Assembly: GCA_963783575.1 (NCBI GenBank)
Contig: CAWAOD010000011.1
Coordinates: forward strand, 224,001-288,000
Reading direction: 5' to 3'
Source of the DNA: an uncultured Spirochaetota bacterium
GTDB lineage: Bacteria > Spirochaetota > Brevinematia > Brevinematales > JAOACQ01
DNA length: 64,000 nucleotides
Positions 41,003 to 50,924 of this stretch are shown in pieces. The translations under genes were made by a program, and so were the position numbers. Position 1 is the stretch's first letter. Each line of letters opens with the position of its first letter. The notes beneath the pieces are model-generated. The model was not told the DNA's origin. It ran no database searches and saw only the letters and a list, made by a program, of their open reading frames with translations.

Positions 41003-43009
41003 ATGGAAAAAATAATCATGTCAATACTGGCTGATTTGTATGAAATTGATCCCGGGTTGAGAGACAGGGAGGAAGATTTGAAAAACGCAATTGCAGAAAT
41101 ACTGGCCAATAAGCCGGATGTAAAGATTGATAAAAATTTTAAAGCAAAATTGAAGGCGGAACTATTAAACAGGTTAGGGCAGACGGTAAAGAAGAGGAGA
41201 CTTTTTGCTCTCGCCTGGATATCAAACATCGCTGTTAGAAGGGTTCTCGGTGTATTGCTCGCCGGTATGATTGCGGCGGTTCTTTTCGTTTATTTTAATC
41301 CATATAAGGTAAAATCAGCCGGGGAAAAATACCAGCCTCCCAGACCGGTACCCGAAATGCAAAAATCGGAACAAAAACCGGCGATAAGCGCCAAACAGCC
41401 GGTAAACATAAAGCGCAACACTTTGGATATGAGTATTAAAGAAAATGAAGCCGGAGATATGAAGCAAAAAGAGATTTTACAGGAAGAACAGGTTGTGAAC
41501 TCTGCGGCAGCCGGGAAAAAGGATTCGGAAGTTTATCCGAAAGAAGCACCGCCTTCAGGCTTATCCATCAATGCCCGTTACAATTCAAATGATTGGAATA
41601 CCGAATCTTACAATAGAATTACGGAGAATAATTTCAAAGAAGTTATTAAAGAGCCTCTTTCGACTTTATCGATCGATGTTGACACTGCTTCCTACGCGAA
41701 TATCCGCCGTTTTATTCAGGAAGGTTCTTTGCCGAACCCTGATGCAGTTAGGATTGAAGAGATGGTTAATTATTTCACATATCATTATGATGAACCCAAA
41801 GGGAGCGACCCCTTCTCATTCCATACCGAGCTTTCCGGTTGTCCATGGAACCCGTCGAATCAGCTTCTTTTGATTGGAATGCAGGCAAAAAAGGTCGATT
41901 TAAAAGATCTGCCGCCGAATAACCTGGTATTTTTGATCGATGTATCGGGTTCGATGGATGAACCGAATAAACTGCCGCTTATCAAATCTGGCTTGAAGCT
42001 TCTGGTCAATGAAATGAGGCCTCAGGACAGGATTTCGATTGTTGTCTATGCAGGGGCCGCAGGCATAGTTCTGGAACCTACACCGGGCAGCAATAAGAAA
42101 AAGATCCTGGATGCTCTGGAAAATCTTGAGGCCGGCGGATCGACTGCCGGCGGCGAAGGCCTGGCACTTGCTTATAAAACCGCAGAAAAAAATTATCATT
42201 CCGGGGTAAATAACAGGATCATACTTGCAACGGACGGGGATTTTAATGTCGGGGCTTCTTCCGATGCAGATATGACAAGGCTGGTTGAAAAAGAACGGGA
42301 CAAAGGGATTTATATAACCGTGCTCGGATTCGGAATGGGCAATTACAAGGATTCGAAAATGGAAAGTATAGCCGACAAAGGCAACGGAAATTACGCTTAC
42401 ATAGACTCGCTTCTTGAAGCCAGGAAGGTTCTGGTGAGCCAGATGGGCGGAACGCTGTTTACCGTGGCAAAAGACGTTAAACTGCAGATTGAGTTTAATC
42501 CCGGAATTATTAAAGAATACCGCCTGATTGGATATGAAGACAGAATTATGCCTAATGAGGATTTCAGCAATGATAAAAAGGACGCCGGGGAACTTGGAGC
42601 CGGGCATACTGTAACCGCGCTGTATGAGCTTGTTTTATCCGATGGAAAAACTTCCGGAAACGAGTTGAAATATCAAAAAGTGGAAGTCAAAAAAGAAGCG
42701 CTTGAAAACAAAGAATTAATGACAATCAAATTCCGCTATAAAAAGCCCGGTGAAGATGTAAGCAGGCTTTTAACATATCCTGTAAAATATGATCCCATGC
42801 CCATTACCGGCACAAGCGGCGATTTCAGGTTTGCGGCCGCCGTAGCGGAATGGGGGCTAATCCTGAGGAATTCGGAGTTTAAAGCAAAAGCCGGCTACAG
42901 CCAGGTGTTTGATCTGGCTAAGGACGCGCTGGGCAAAGATGAGGAAGGCTACAGGGTTGAGTTTTTAAACCTTGTTAAAAAGTCTGAACAAATGAGCGGA
43001 AATAAGTAA
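41003..43009 (+). CDS. YfbK-like von Willebrand factor A domain protein with N-terminal membrane anchor
   Basis: STLSIDVDTASY, MIDAS DVSGSM, ATDGDFNVG and YRLIGYE; GAGGAG RBS. Confidence 0.9.
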   Translation: MEKIIMSILADLYEIDPGLRDREEDLKNAIAEILANKPDVKIDKNFKAKLKAELLNRLGQTVKKRRLFALAWISNIAVRRVLGVLLAGMIAAVLFVYFNPYKVKSAGEKYQPPRPVPEMQKSEQKPAISAKQPVNIKRNTLDMSIKENEAGDMKQKEILQEEQVVNSAAAGKKDSEVYPKEAPPSGLSINARYNSNDWNTESYNRITENNFKEVIKEPLSTLSIDVDTASYANIRRFIQEGSLPNPDAVRIEEMVNYFTYHYDEPKGSDPFSFHTELSGCPWNPSNQLLLIGMQAKKVDLKDLPPNNLVFLIDVSGSMDEPNKLPLIKSGLKLLVNEMRPQDRISIVVYAGAAGIVLEPTPGSNKKKILDALENLEAGGSTAGGEGLALAYKTAEKNYHSGVNNRIILATDGDFNVGASSDADMTRLVEKERDKGIYITVLGFGMGNYKDSKMESIADKGNGNYAYIDSLLEARKVLVSQMGGTLFTVAKDVKLQIEFNPGIIKEYRLIGYEDRIMPNEDFSNDKKDAGELGAGHTVTALYELVLSDGKTSGNELKYQKVEVKKEALENKELMTIKFRYKKPGEDVSRLLTYPVKYDPMPITGTSGDFRFAAAVAEWGLILRNSEFKAKAGYSQVFDLAKDALGKDEEGYRVEFLNLVKKSEQMSGNK

Positions 43010-43020
43010 ATCATTTTGAT

Positions 43021-43056
43021 CCGGCAGTTTCAATCCAGAGGGTTGAAGACTGCCGG
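43021..43056. terminator. Hairpin between convergent genes
   Basis: CCGGCAGT...ACTGCCGG flanked by T and A tracts. Confidence 0.6.
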
Positions 43057-43068
43057 AAAATAATTAAT

Positions 43069-43260
43069 TCAAAGAATCTCCTGGACTCTTCCGATCTGGC
43101 CGTCCTGGAGCCTTACTTTGATTCCCCTTGAATGAAACGGCGAGCTTGTCAGAATATCCTTAACCGTTCCTCTTGTGAGTTTACCGCTTCTCTGGTCCTT
43201 TTTCAGCACAATATTGACATCGGTTCCTGGTTTAATATCATTTCTATTCCTGCCATCCAT
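43069..43260 (-). CDS. YwbE family protein
   Basis: IVLKKDQRSGKLTRGTVKDILTSSPFHSRGIKVRL. Confidence 0.9.
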   Translation of the reverse strand: MDGRNRNDIKPGTDVNIVLKKDQRSGKLTRGTVKDILTSSPFHSRGIKVRLQDGQIGRVQEIL

Positions 43261-43305
43261 TTTTGTCACTCCCAACAAGCGTGCCGCTTGATCTGTTTTA
43301 TAAAT

Positions 43306-43911
43306 TTATAATTCTCCCGGTAAATTATTGATCATTTCTTTAACGTTATAATATTTCATTAATAACTCGATAACTTTACTTCCGGGATTGGCGTAAATTA
43401 ACGGGTAATCTTTTTCTCCAAGTAATTTCCTGACCGGAAAAGCAAGTTTTTCCTTGCCGATAGAAAATTGAGCGTTTACCCCGGGTTTATTTCCCCTTGC
43501 ATCAATTCTTATCCATTTTTCTTCTTTTTCAAGATAAACGGCGTTTAAGCCATGAAGCACAAGTTTTGGAAAAAGCGAGACTGAAAACCATAATTTTTGA
43601 TAGCAAAAACCGGCCGGTACGCCTTTGCAGCGCAGGATTGCCGCCAGAAGATGTGATTTGGCGTAACAGAACCCGTACCCGGTTTTGAGAACATCGGAAG
43701 CCCTGCAAACCACATTATTTCCATGGCAGTCGAGGATATGAGGAATTCTATCGCGAACAAACTCGAAGGCTTTTACGGTGAACTCTGTTTTCCCCCTTGA
43801 TTCTTTCATCAATGAATCCGCAAAACTCATTATATTTTTGTTTGTAAAATCGATAATATCTGTGTTCTTAAGGTATTCGTTTAAATAATTTGATTCCGGC
43901 AATAATTTCAT
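43306..43911 (-). CDS. Transglutaminase family protein
   Basis: GFCYAKSHL, LHGLNAV and WIRIDARG (Cys-His-Asp). Confidence 0.85.
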   Translation of the reverse strand: MKLLPESNYLNEYLKNTDIIDFTNKNIMSFADSLMKESRGKTEFTVKAFEFVRDRIPHILDCHGNNVVCRASDVLKTGYGFCYAKSHLLAAILRCKGVPAGFCYQKLWFSVSLFPKLVLHGLNAVYLEKEEKWIRIDARGNKPGVNAQFSIGKEKLAFPVRKLLGEKDYPLIYANPGSKVIELLMKYYNVKEMINNLPGEL

Positions 43912-43912
43912 A

Positions 43913-44881
43913 TTAACCCCTTGTTTTCAAATATTCCAGTAAGCCTTTCTGAAGATGTTCCTTACCATCCCAGACCTGTATATTATATCCTGCCGGAAAA
44001 TCCGCAGGATCTTCTCCCCTGAACGAAATTGAACGGACATCCTTCGGCAAAGCCTCGCTCATATGCCTGTCGGTACCGCCTTTTGAAATTGAAAATTTGT
44101 CCCCCCAGATTTCAATAAGTGTGCCGCTTAACATTTCATCAAACTCAAAACTGAGATAACCTGATGCTTCCCTGTTATTAAAGACATACCGGATTGCCGT
44201 TTCTTTTGATACTCCTTCCAGCGCAAAATCCAGGGCGAATTCTCCGGCAAGCCTGGGAGTTATTGGCACCCTTAATTCTTTAAACAGAGCCTCGGCTCTT
44301 TTCAGGACAGGAATTCTGAAGTCATTCAATACTTCAATGGCTGGAAAATGCAGTTTTAATGATGCTGCCTGCCCGGTTGTTAATTTATAAGAATTCACAA
44401 ACTCAAAAGTGATCTGAGGGCCCCTGTCCTCGAGCATAATGGATTGAGGATTTCCTCCTGATATTTTTATGAATTCAGGGATTTCCATAATAGGAAAAAC
44501 ATTTAACTTAAATTCCTGTATCAACTTTTGTATTATTTCACGCCAGGTATTTTTCTGCCGGGCATTAAGAATTTTATCATAAAGGCTGTAAAATGGTTTT
44601 TCAAAAAGATCGCCGCCTTTGTCAAATCCCCAGACTTCGGCTCCGCTGCAATGCCCGATCAGGATTCTGTTTCTCAATTTACTATCGATATATCCTGCAA
44701 CTCTCTGTGTAATATTGCTGACACTCTGTCCCGATATCAAAAACAACCTTATGCCTTCCTCAAGAAGTTTTTGAAGTTCGCTAATCATTTCACTATCAGC
44801 TTTAATATATAATCCAGCTATAGTTTCATCAACATCGGAAATAATCAAACGGACAATTTTGTTCCACCGGATCCGGCTCAT
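43913..44881 (-). CDS. HAD family hydrolase
   Basis: SDVDET, ISGQ, SKE and WGDKF...GTD. Confidence 0.75.
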   Translation of the reverse strand: MSRIRWNKIVRLIISDVDETIAGLYIKADSEMISELQKLLEEGIRLFLISGQSVSNITQRVAGYIDSKLRNRILIGHCSGAEVWGFDKGGDLFEKPFYSLYDKILNARQKNTWREIIQKLIQEFKLNVFPIMEIPEFIKISGGNPQSIMLEDRGPQITFEFVNSYKLTTGQAASLKLHFPAIEVLNDFRIPVLKRAEALFKELRVPITPRLAGEFALDFALEGVSKETAIRYVFNNREASGYLSFEFDEMLSGTLIEIWGDKFSISKGGTDRHMSEALPKDVRSISFRGEDPADFPAGYNIQVWDGKEHLQKGLLEYLKTRG

Positions 44882-45055
44882 ATATTTTCCTTAATCTAGA
44901 AAGGTTATAATTATAGCAATAATGTTTATTTAAGGGAAATTTGCGGTTAAAATCGGGTTATTTATTCAATTTCAGATTTATAAATAAGTTTGTTTCTTGA
45001 ATAATTGTTGTACTTCCGGTTATAATATTAATAATGCTATTAAAAGGGGATATCT

Positions 45056-45748
45056 ATGAATAGAATATTTTTTACCGGAACTATATCTATTATTATATTT
45101 TTCATCGCGATTTCGGCTGCTGTTCCGGAAGATAAACCGCAGTTACCGCCGTTGGATTATTTGAAGGATATAAGGATTAAAACACTGGGCAATCTTCCTG
45201 ATAACTTCACCGGTGTATTGTTCGGTGTTAATATAACGAATAAATTGGCAAGCATACCGAAAGATTCGTATTTGGATAAAAATAAAAAAATATTTGTTGA
45301 GATTCGGTATGATAAAGTCAGCGGAATATCCATAATTGTCCAGAATGTTGATGAATTGTACAGGGATTTGTATAAAGACCTTTCCAAGCAGTTTTTTGCT
45401 TTTGATTTGATTTTATCGTCCCAAAGCAACGATTCTTTTCTGGATAAATATGATGTATCATATAACAATAACAATGAATCGACTGTTGTTTTAAAATTAA
45501 ACGTTAAGCAGGCTGAAAATGCTCTCCTGTTATACATAAATTCAAAAAATAATCAGATTATAAGAGTGGATTATTTGCTGGGCAAAGATATATTGAGTTC
45601 AACCATTGTTTCATTCGGCCAATACCGATCCGGGAATATAATATACTTTATTCCCGATAAATTTATTACAAAAGTTTTAAACAATTCCAGAGAAACTAAG
45701 CCGGAAATTCTCGATATAATCGGTATAAAAATTAAACCGGAAAAATAA
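45056..45748 (+). CDS. Hypothetical exported protein
   Basis: Signal peptide and a beta-rich C-terminus. Confidence 0.7.
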   Translation: MNRIFFTGTISIIIFFIAISAAVPEDKPQLPPLDYLKDIRIKTLGNLPDNFTGVLFGVNITNKLASIPKDSYLDKNKKIFVEIRYDKVSGISIIVQNVDELYRDLYKDLSKQFFAFDLILSSQSNDSFLDKYDVSYNNNNESTVVLKLNVKQAENALLLYINSKNNQIIRVDYLLGKDILSSTIVSFGQYRSGNIIYFIPDKFITKVLNNSRETKPEILDIIGIKIKPEK

Positions 45749-45769
45749 TTGTACGAAGTTCCTTTTATG

Positions 45770-46000
45770 TTTTATCAGTGTTGGAAGCATTTGACCTTGA
45801 TAAAAGAGGTTTGACGGAAAATAGAAATACAAACGGCAGTACTTCTGCGATAGAAACCTTTTTTTATATTTAAACAATATTCTATAAAAGCTTAAAAATA
45901 AACTTCCATAATATACGAATAGCCCTGTTATTCCAAATGCCGAGAGGATCTGTAAAAAACCTGATTCAGGTACCCTTATTATTCCCATATTGAAAATATC
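45770..46000 (-). pseudogene. Remnant of a Wzy-like gene 3' end
   Basis: IFNMGIIRVPESGFLQILSAFG matches IFNMGIVRVPESGFLQILTGYG of 47385-48788. Confidence 0.7.
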
Positions 46001-46057
46001 AATTGAGTAAAAGAATACTTTTTTAAAGCATAAAAACAGCCTTTAAAAAATTTACCA

Positions 46058-47137
46058 TTAAAGCGAAGAATTTTTAAAAATTTCTATTATCTGATTTGAA
46101 AATATTTTCGGATCATCAGTGATAAAAAGGTTCTTGTCATCGATACCTTCGGCGCCAACTGATGTCGAAACAACCGGTAATCCAGCCTCAAGATATTCCA
46201 GAACTTTTACTTTAATTCCGGCTCCAAATCGCAATGGAGCAATTGCTACCTCGCATTTTTCGAAATACTCCATCGGATTTTCAACATAACCGGTAATAAA
46301 GATATGTTCCGATTTTAAATCCGAAATTTTCCTGGATGGAGTTGTACCGACGACATATAAAATAGAATCAGGCTGAACGCTTAAAACATGTATAAAAATC
46401 TTTTTTGAAAACCATAAAATCGCATCAATATTTTCCCTTCGATTCATAGCGCCCCAGAATAATATACTGTTTTTCTGGACTTTATTTCTTTTTACATATT
46501 TTAAAAACGGATTAACATAAGGATTAATAACTGTTATTTTGGAATCCGCTACACCTTCTTTTAAAAGCAGTTTTTTATCCTTGGAATTATGAACAAGAAT
46601 CTTATCGGATAGTGCAAGAACATGCAGTTCCCATTTCTTTTGCCGGAGATATTCCATTTTCAAAAAAATTTTATTAATTCCTTTAGATAAAAGGTACTTT
46701 CTTTCCGAAGATTGGTAAGTAATATCATGTTCGCTTATTACTTTTAAACAATTTTGATGAATAAAATCGATATAATATGCAGATGATGTGTACTCGAAAT
46801 GTATCAGATCGAATTTAATTCTGTTTTGAAGATCCTTTACTATCTTTACTACCTGTAAATTTGCCCTGAAGACCGTATTTAAGGGAAAAAATAAATTTTT
46901 TATCAGGCCGATAAATCTTTTAATATTATCAACCTTAAAATGATATGTTTCCATACAAAATTTAAAATCTTCTTTATCAAAATATTTATTTTCAATTTCA
47001 TTAACAAAAGTAATGAAATAAATATTATACTCATCTTTATAGCTTTCCAGAATGTCTCTGGCGGTCTTCTGGCCTGCCTGAGGGACTTTATAAGAAGGAA
47101 GATGCGCTGATATATAAAGCAAATTTTTCTTATCCAT
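46058..47137 (-). CDS. Glycosyltransferase family 4
   Basis: APLRFGAGIKVKVLEYLEAGLPVVST. Confidence 0.9.
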   Translation of the reverse strand: MDKKNLLYISAHLPSYKVPQAGQKTARDILESYKDEYNIYFITFVNEIENKYFDKEDFKFCMETYHFKVDNIKRFIGLIKNLFFPLNTVFRANLQVVKIVKDLQNRIKFDLIHFEYTSSAYYIDFIHQNCLKVISEHDITYQSSERKYLLSKGINKIFLKMEYLRQKKWELHVLALSDKILVHNSKDKKLLLKEGVADSKITVINPYVNPFLKYVKRNKVQKNSILFWGAMNRRENIDAILWFSKKIFIHVLSVQPDSILYVVGTTPSRKISDLKSEHIFITGYVENPMEYFEKCEVAIAPLRFGAGIKVKVLEYLEAGLPVVSTSVGAEGIDDKNLFITDDPKIFSNQIIEIFKNSSL

Positions 47138-47174
47138 AAAAAATTAGCTCCTGATGCTTCTAGTGCCAAATAAA

Positions 47175-47203
47175 TTATGACTGATTTTTTATATGTTGTA
47201 AAT
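47175..47203 (-). promoter_or_regulatory. Sigma70 promoter (duplicated unit)
   Basis: TTTACA-17 nt-CATAAT. Confidence 0.6.
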
Positions 47204-47384
47204 AAATATGGTCATTGCTATTTTTAATTTTGATTATAATTAAATTTATAAAGAATTATTCCCTTATCTATTCTAGTATAATAATCCGTTTCATTGATAA
47301 TTTTTTTATTTATGATCTCTGGATAATCCGGTATTTTGCCGGATACCGGATAAAACAAATTGCTGATTTTTCTTAAGCCATAGA

Positions 47385-48788
47385 TTAAATTTCTTTTTTC
47401 GCTAATAACGGAAGCAGAGAAAAGAGAAATACAAAAGGGAGCACTTCTGTAGATTGATAAAATAAAGTTTGTATTATAACTCCCAATAATGCGAAAGAAA
47501 GGAGTTTTTCTTTGTAAATAAAACAAATTCTAAAAAAGCTGAAAAATAGCGCACAATAATAGCTTATTAAGCCCAATATGCCATAACCGGTAAGTATCTG
47601 AAGAAATCCGGATTCCGGTACCCTTACGATTCCCATATTGAAAATATTCCCCGAATGAAGGATATTAAGTGTGATATTTGTAAAAGCGCCGGTATATTCG
47701 CCAAAGATCATATTTGTCTTAAAATATAATTTAATTATGGTGTTCCAGACTTGTAACCTTCCTAAATTACCAGTATCCTTAAAAGCAAAAATTCTTTCAA
47801 ATAATGCTTTGAGAAAAAAAGATATATTCTTTGAAGAAAAAATTATAGCAATAAATATGATGAAAGCAATCATTAATATTGGTATGTATACTATTACAAT
47901 CTTTTTCCAATTAATAATTTTAACTTTCTTTCCGATTGATTCTGGCAATGTATCTAGCCTTTTGAAATTTTGATCGAAGTGTTCAGGCTTTAATACTTCA
48001 TTGATATTTCCAGAGGATTCATTATTGGATTTTCTAGAATTAATTAATAATATAAAGTAATTATAAATATACAATAGTAAAATAGTTAAAGTGATTACAA
48101 TACCTGATCGTGAAAAAGCAAAAAATGGGACACAGAGGAAAATCAAGCCTATGATTTGAATAACATGGTTTTTAATAAAACGTATTGTTATTACACCAAA
48201 AATCGGCATTAAAATAGGATAGTGGAGCATACTTCCGGTAATCGAAGCAGGCCTTATTAAACTTATACTTCCATAATGATGGCTGTGCCCGGGTAATCCA
48301 TAATCGTATATCATATCATGAAAGTTCCTGTAAAAGAATTTAAAATGAAGGAGATCGAATTGTTCTATGACTCCAGTAATAAAAAGGATTAAACCGATTG
48401 AAAACAATGCCCAGACCATAGAATTAATTATATCGATATTTTTTATCCGTATAATATTCATCAGAATAAATATTGAAAAAAGAAAAACTATGACTAATGA
48501 AAAAATAACCGTTTCATTATATGAATGAAATTTAATGATTGTGATCATACTGCTGATAATGACGGAAATATAAAAAATAACTAATAATAAAATGAATGTT
48601 TTATTTTCTTTTTTGAATGACAATTGAGACTGTGTTATCAGAAATATTAAAAAGAAAATAACTGCCATAGTCTGAATAATATATGGCAGATATTTTCCAA
48701 TAAAAAAAAGCTGGAACAATCCTCTGGAAAATATTAACAAAAAAATAAATGATAATAAACAATAATATAAATTCTTTTTCTTAAGCAT
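47385..48788 (-). CDS. Polysaccharide polymerase/ligase (Wzy/WaaL-like) membrane protein
   Basis: Many TM segments with RPASITG, FSRSG and GRLQVW. Confidence 0.7.
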   Translation of the reverse strand: MLKKKNLYYCLLSFIFLLIFSRGLFQLFFIGKYLPYIIQTMAVIFFLIFLITQSQLSFKKENKTFILLLVIFYISVIISSMITIIKFHSYNETVIFSLVIVFLFSIFILMNIIRIKNIDIINSMVWALFSIGLILFITGVIEQFDLLHFKFFYRNFHDMIYDYGLPGHSHHYGSISLIRPASITGSMLHYPILMPIFGVITIRFIKNHVIQIIGLIFLCVPFFAFSRSGIVITLTILLLYIYNYFILLINSRKSNNESSGNINEVLKPEHFDQNFKRLDTLPESIGKKVKIINWKKIVIVYIPILMIAFIIFIAIIFSSKNISFFLKALFERIFAFKDTGNLGRLQVWNTIIKLYFKTNMIFGEYTGAFTNITLNILHSGNIFNMGIVRVPESGFLQILTGYGILGLISYYCALFFSFFRICFIYKEKLLSFALLGVIIQTLFYQSTEVLPFVFLFSLLPLLAKKEI

Positions 48789-48835
48789 ATCAGAAACCTT
48801 AATCGAGATTTGAACTTGACATCGAAGTTCCGAAA

Positions 48836-48864
48836 ATTATGACTGATTTTTCTAATGTTGTAAA
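48836..48864 (-). promoter_or_regulatory. Sigma70 promoter (duplicated unit)
   Basis: TTTACA-17 nt-CATAAT with a spacer near-identical to the 47175 copy. Confidence 0.6.
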
Positions 48865-48914
48865 TTAATTTGGTAATAATTATTTGGAATGGTAACGGGC
48901 ATGGCCTCACTAAA

Positions 48915-49935
48915 TTATTTTATTTTTATGCTATTAATCAGATTCAACCATTTATTTTTAAAATTCTTAAATGAATGATGATCAGAAACATATTGAACCG
49001 CTCTTTTTGAAAAGTTATCTCTATCTTTATCAACTATATTTATTGCTTTAATATAATTTTCTATTGAAGAACTACTCCATCCTTCAACAACAAATTCCGG
49101 GATCTCTTTTTTTAAATCCGGCCCGATGCCGACATTGCTCATCAAAACCGGAAGTCCGCAGGCCATCGCTTCAAGAGCAACAAGCCCGCAGCTTTCGAAA
49201 CGGCTGGGGAAAATAAGGGCTTTATAAGAATTATAAATCTCGGGTAGTTTTGAATATGGAGTTTCAGGGGTCCATCCGAAGATTGAACCCGGGTTTTGAT
49301 TTGTCACACAATCAATTTTTATTCCTTTTTCTGAAAGCTTTTTCAATATGTCAAAACCTTTGGCGTAAAATTCATATCTTCCAACAAAAAGATATTTGTT
49401 ATTTATCTTAATGCCTGGTATCGGTTTAAATAATTCCTGATTTATACAGTTATCTATAACATAATCTACCTTAATTCCCTGCTTATCCAGGAAAGGTCTT
49501 AAAAATTCGGATACAGATACGACATATTTTCCTTTAGAAGCCGCATTCTGGATAAACATGCCTTTGGTAAAACCAGCGTAATTCTCTAAGGCTCAAGCCC
49601 TTCCTGGTATAATTTCTATAACCAAGCGAGGAATAATGAAATAAAATTATGCACTTCGGATGCCGGATTCCCCAACCCCATTCGCCATTACATATCAAAA
49701 GGTCGTATTTTTTTCTTAAAGAATTAAAATATAAAGAAGTGAGGTATGGTGTTCCAATTATTTTTTTAAGGAGATTATTTCCATTTATTGTTAGTCCGTC
49801 TTCAATTGTAATCCAATCTACCCGGTGCTTTTCACTTTCCAGAATATCTTTTAGGGTTTTGGATATCGTTTCGGCTCCACCCGCTGAATTTCTATAACCG
49901 CCGATTATAGCAATATTCATATTATTTTTATCCAT
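48915..49935 (-). CDS. Glycosyltransferase family 4, one +1 frameshift near 49562
   Basis: N-terminal GGAE in one frame and FPSRFESCGLVALEAMACGLP in the other. Confidence 0.8.
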
Positions 49936-50924
49936 AAATTTTTCAAGAAAAGCCAAATTATTTTTATATTGAAAAAAATATTTGAGAAATTTTGATAAAG
50001 GCCTTCCTTTGAAATAAATTTAAATATAAATTCTTTTTTTGATAATATCAGGTTATTTTTATAATTTTCAAGGTTCCCGGATGAAAAACTATTAAAAGCG
50101 GCCGTTAGATATCCATTGGATTTTCTTTTATGATATTCTTTCAAGGTACTTTTATCAATATCTTTCGGATAATTTAATAAATAATCATCAATCACATGAA
50201 AAACTACCGGCAATTCCTGATTTTTCCTCCACATACCGGAACCGATTACACTTTCCCTTCGGTAATTTAAGAGATATTCATCAATAATGCAAAGATCATA
50301 GCCATTGTGCAGAATCCGCAGCCACATATCAAGGTCTTCATTTGACCGGTATTTATCGCTGAAATATCCGGCCTTTGCGAAAATATCTTTCCTGGTCATA
50401 AATGTCGGGCAAGAAATCAGATTATCGTTTGCCATAAATAAGGGGAGATATTTGCTTAATCCGCCAAAATAAAAATTATCTTTCTTTTTTAATACAGCAT
50501 CGTATTGCCGGTAATCCAAAAGCTTAAATTGTCCGGGCTCTTTAAAAAACTCTTTTCTTTTAGTAAAAACACCCCTGGTATTTTCATGGTTTAACAAAAC
50601 TTTTAATTCTTTTTCAACAATACTAGGTTCATAAATGTCGTCGGCATGGTAGATAGCCAGAATATCAGAAGAAGCCATTCCAATCAGTTTGTTTACATTG
50701 CCAGCGAATCCTATGTTTTTTTCATTTTTAAAGTATTTTATTCTATTATCTTCTTTCATGCACTGTTTTACAATTACTTCCGAATTATCAGTTGATGCAT
50801 TATCGGAAACGAGAATTTCGATTTGCCTATATGTTTGATTCATAATACTTCTTAGTGTAGTTCCAATATATTTACCGGTATTGAAAACCGGCATACAAAC
50901 GGAAACTTGTAAATTTTCTATCAT
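49917..50924 (-). CDS. Glycosyltransferase family 2
   Basis: VSVCMPVFN, DNASTD, HADD and EDLDMW. Confidence 0.9.
   Translation of the reverse strand: MIENLQVSVCMPVFNTGKYIGTTLRSIMNQTYRQIEILVSDNASTDNSEVIVKQCMKEDNRIKYFKNEKNIGFAGNVNKLIGMASSDILAIYHADDIYEPSIVEKELKVLLNHENTRGVFTKRKEFFKEPGQFKLLDYRQYDAVLKKKDNFYFGGLSKYLPLFMANDNLISCPTFMTRKDIFAKAGYFSDKYRSNEDLDMWLRILHNGYDLCIIDEYLLNYRRESVIGSGMWRKNQELPVVFHVIDDYLLNYPKDIDKSTLKEYHKRKSNGYLTAAFNSFSSGNLENYKNNLILSKKEFIFKFISKEGLYQNFSNIFFNIKIIWLFLKNLWIKII

Noticed and set aside
45770..47650. Diversity-generating retroelement template/variable repeat pair
   Set aside because: Differences are not adenine-specific, many are synonymous, and there is no reverse transcriptase in the window.
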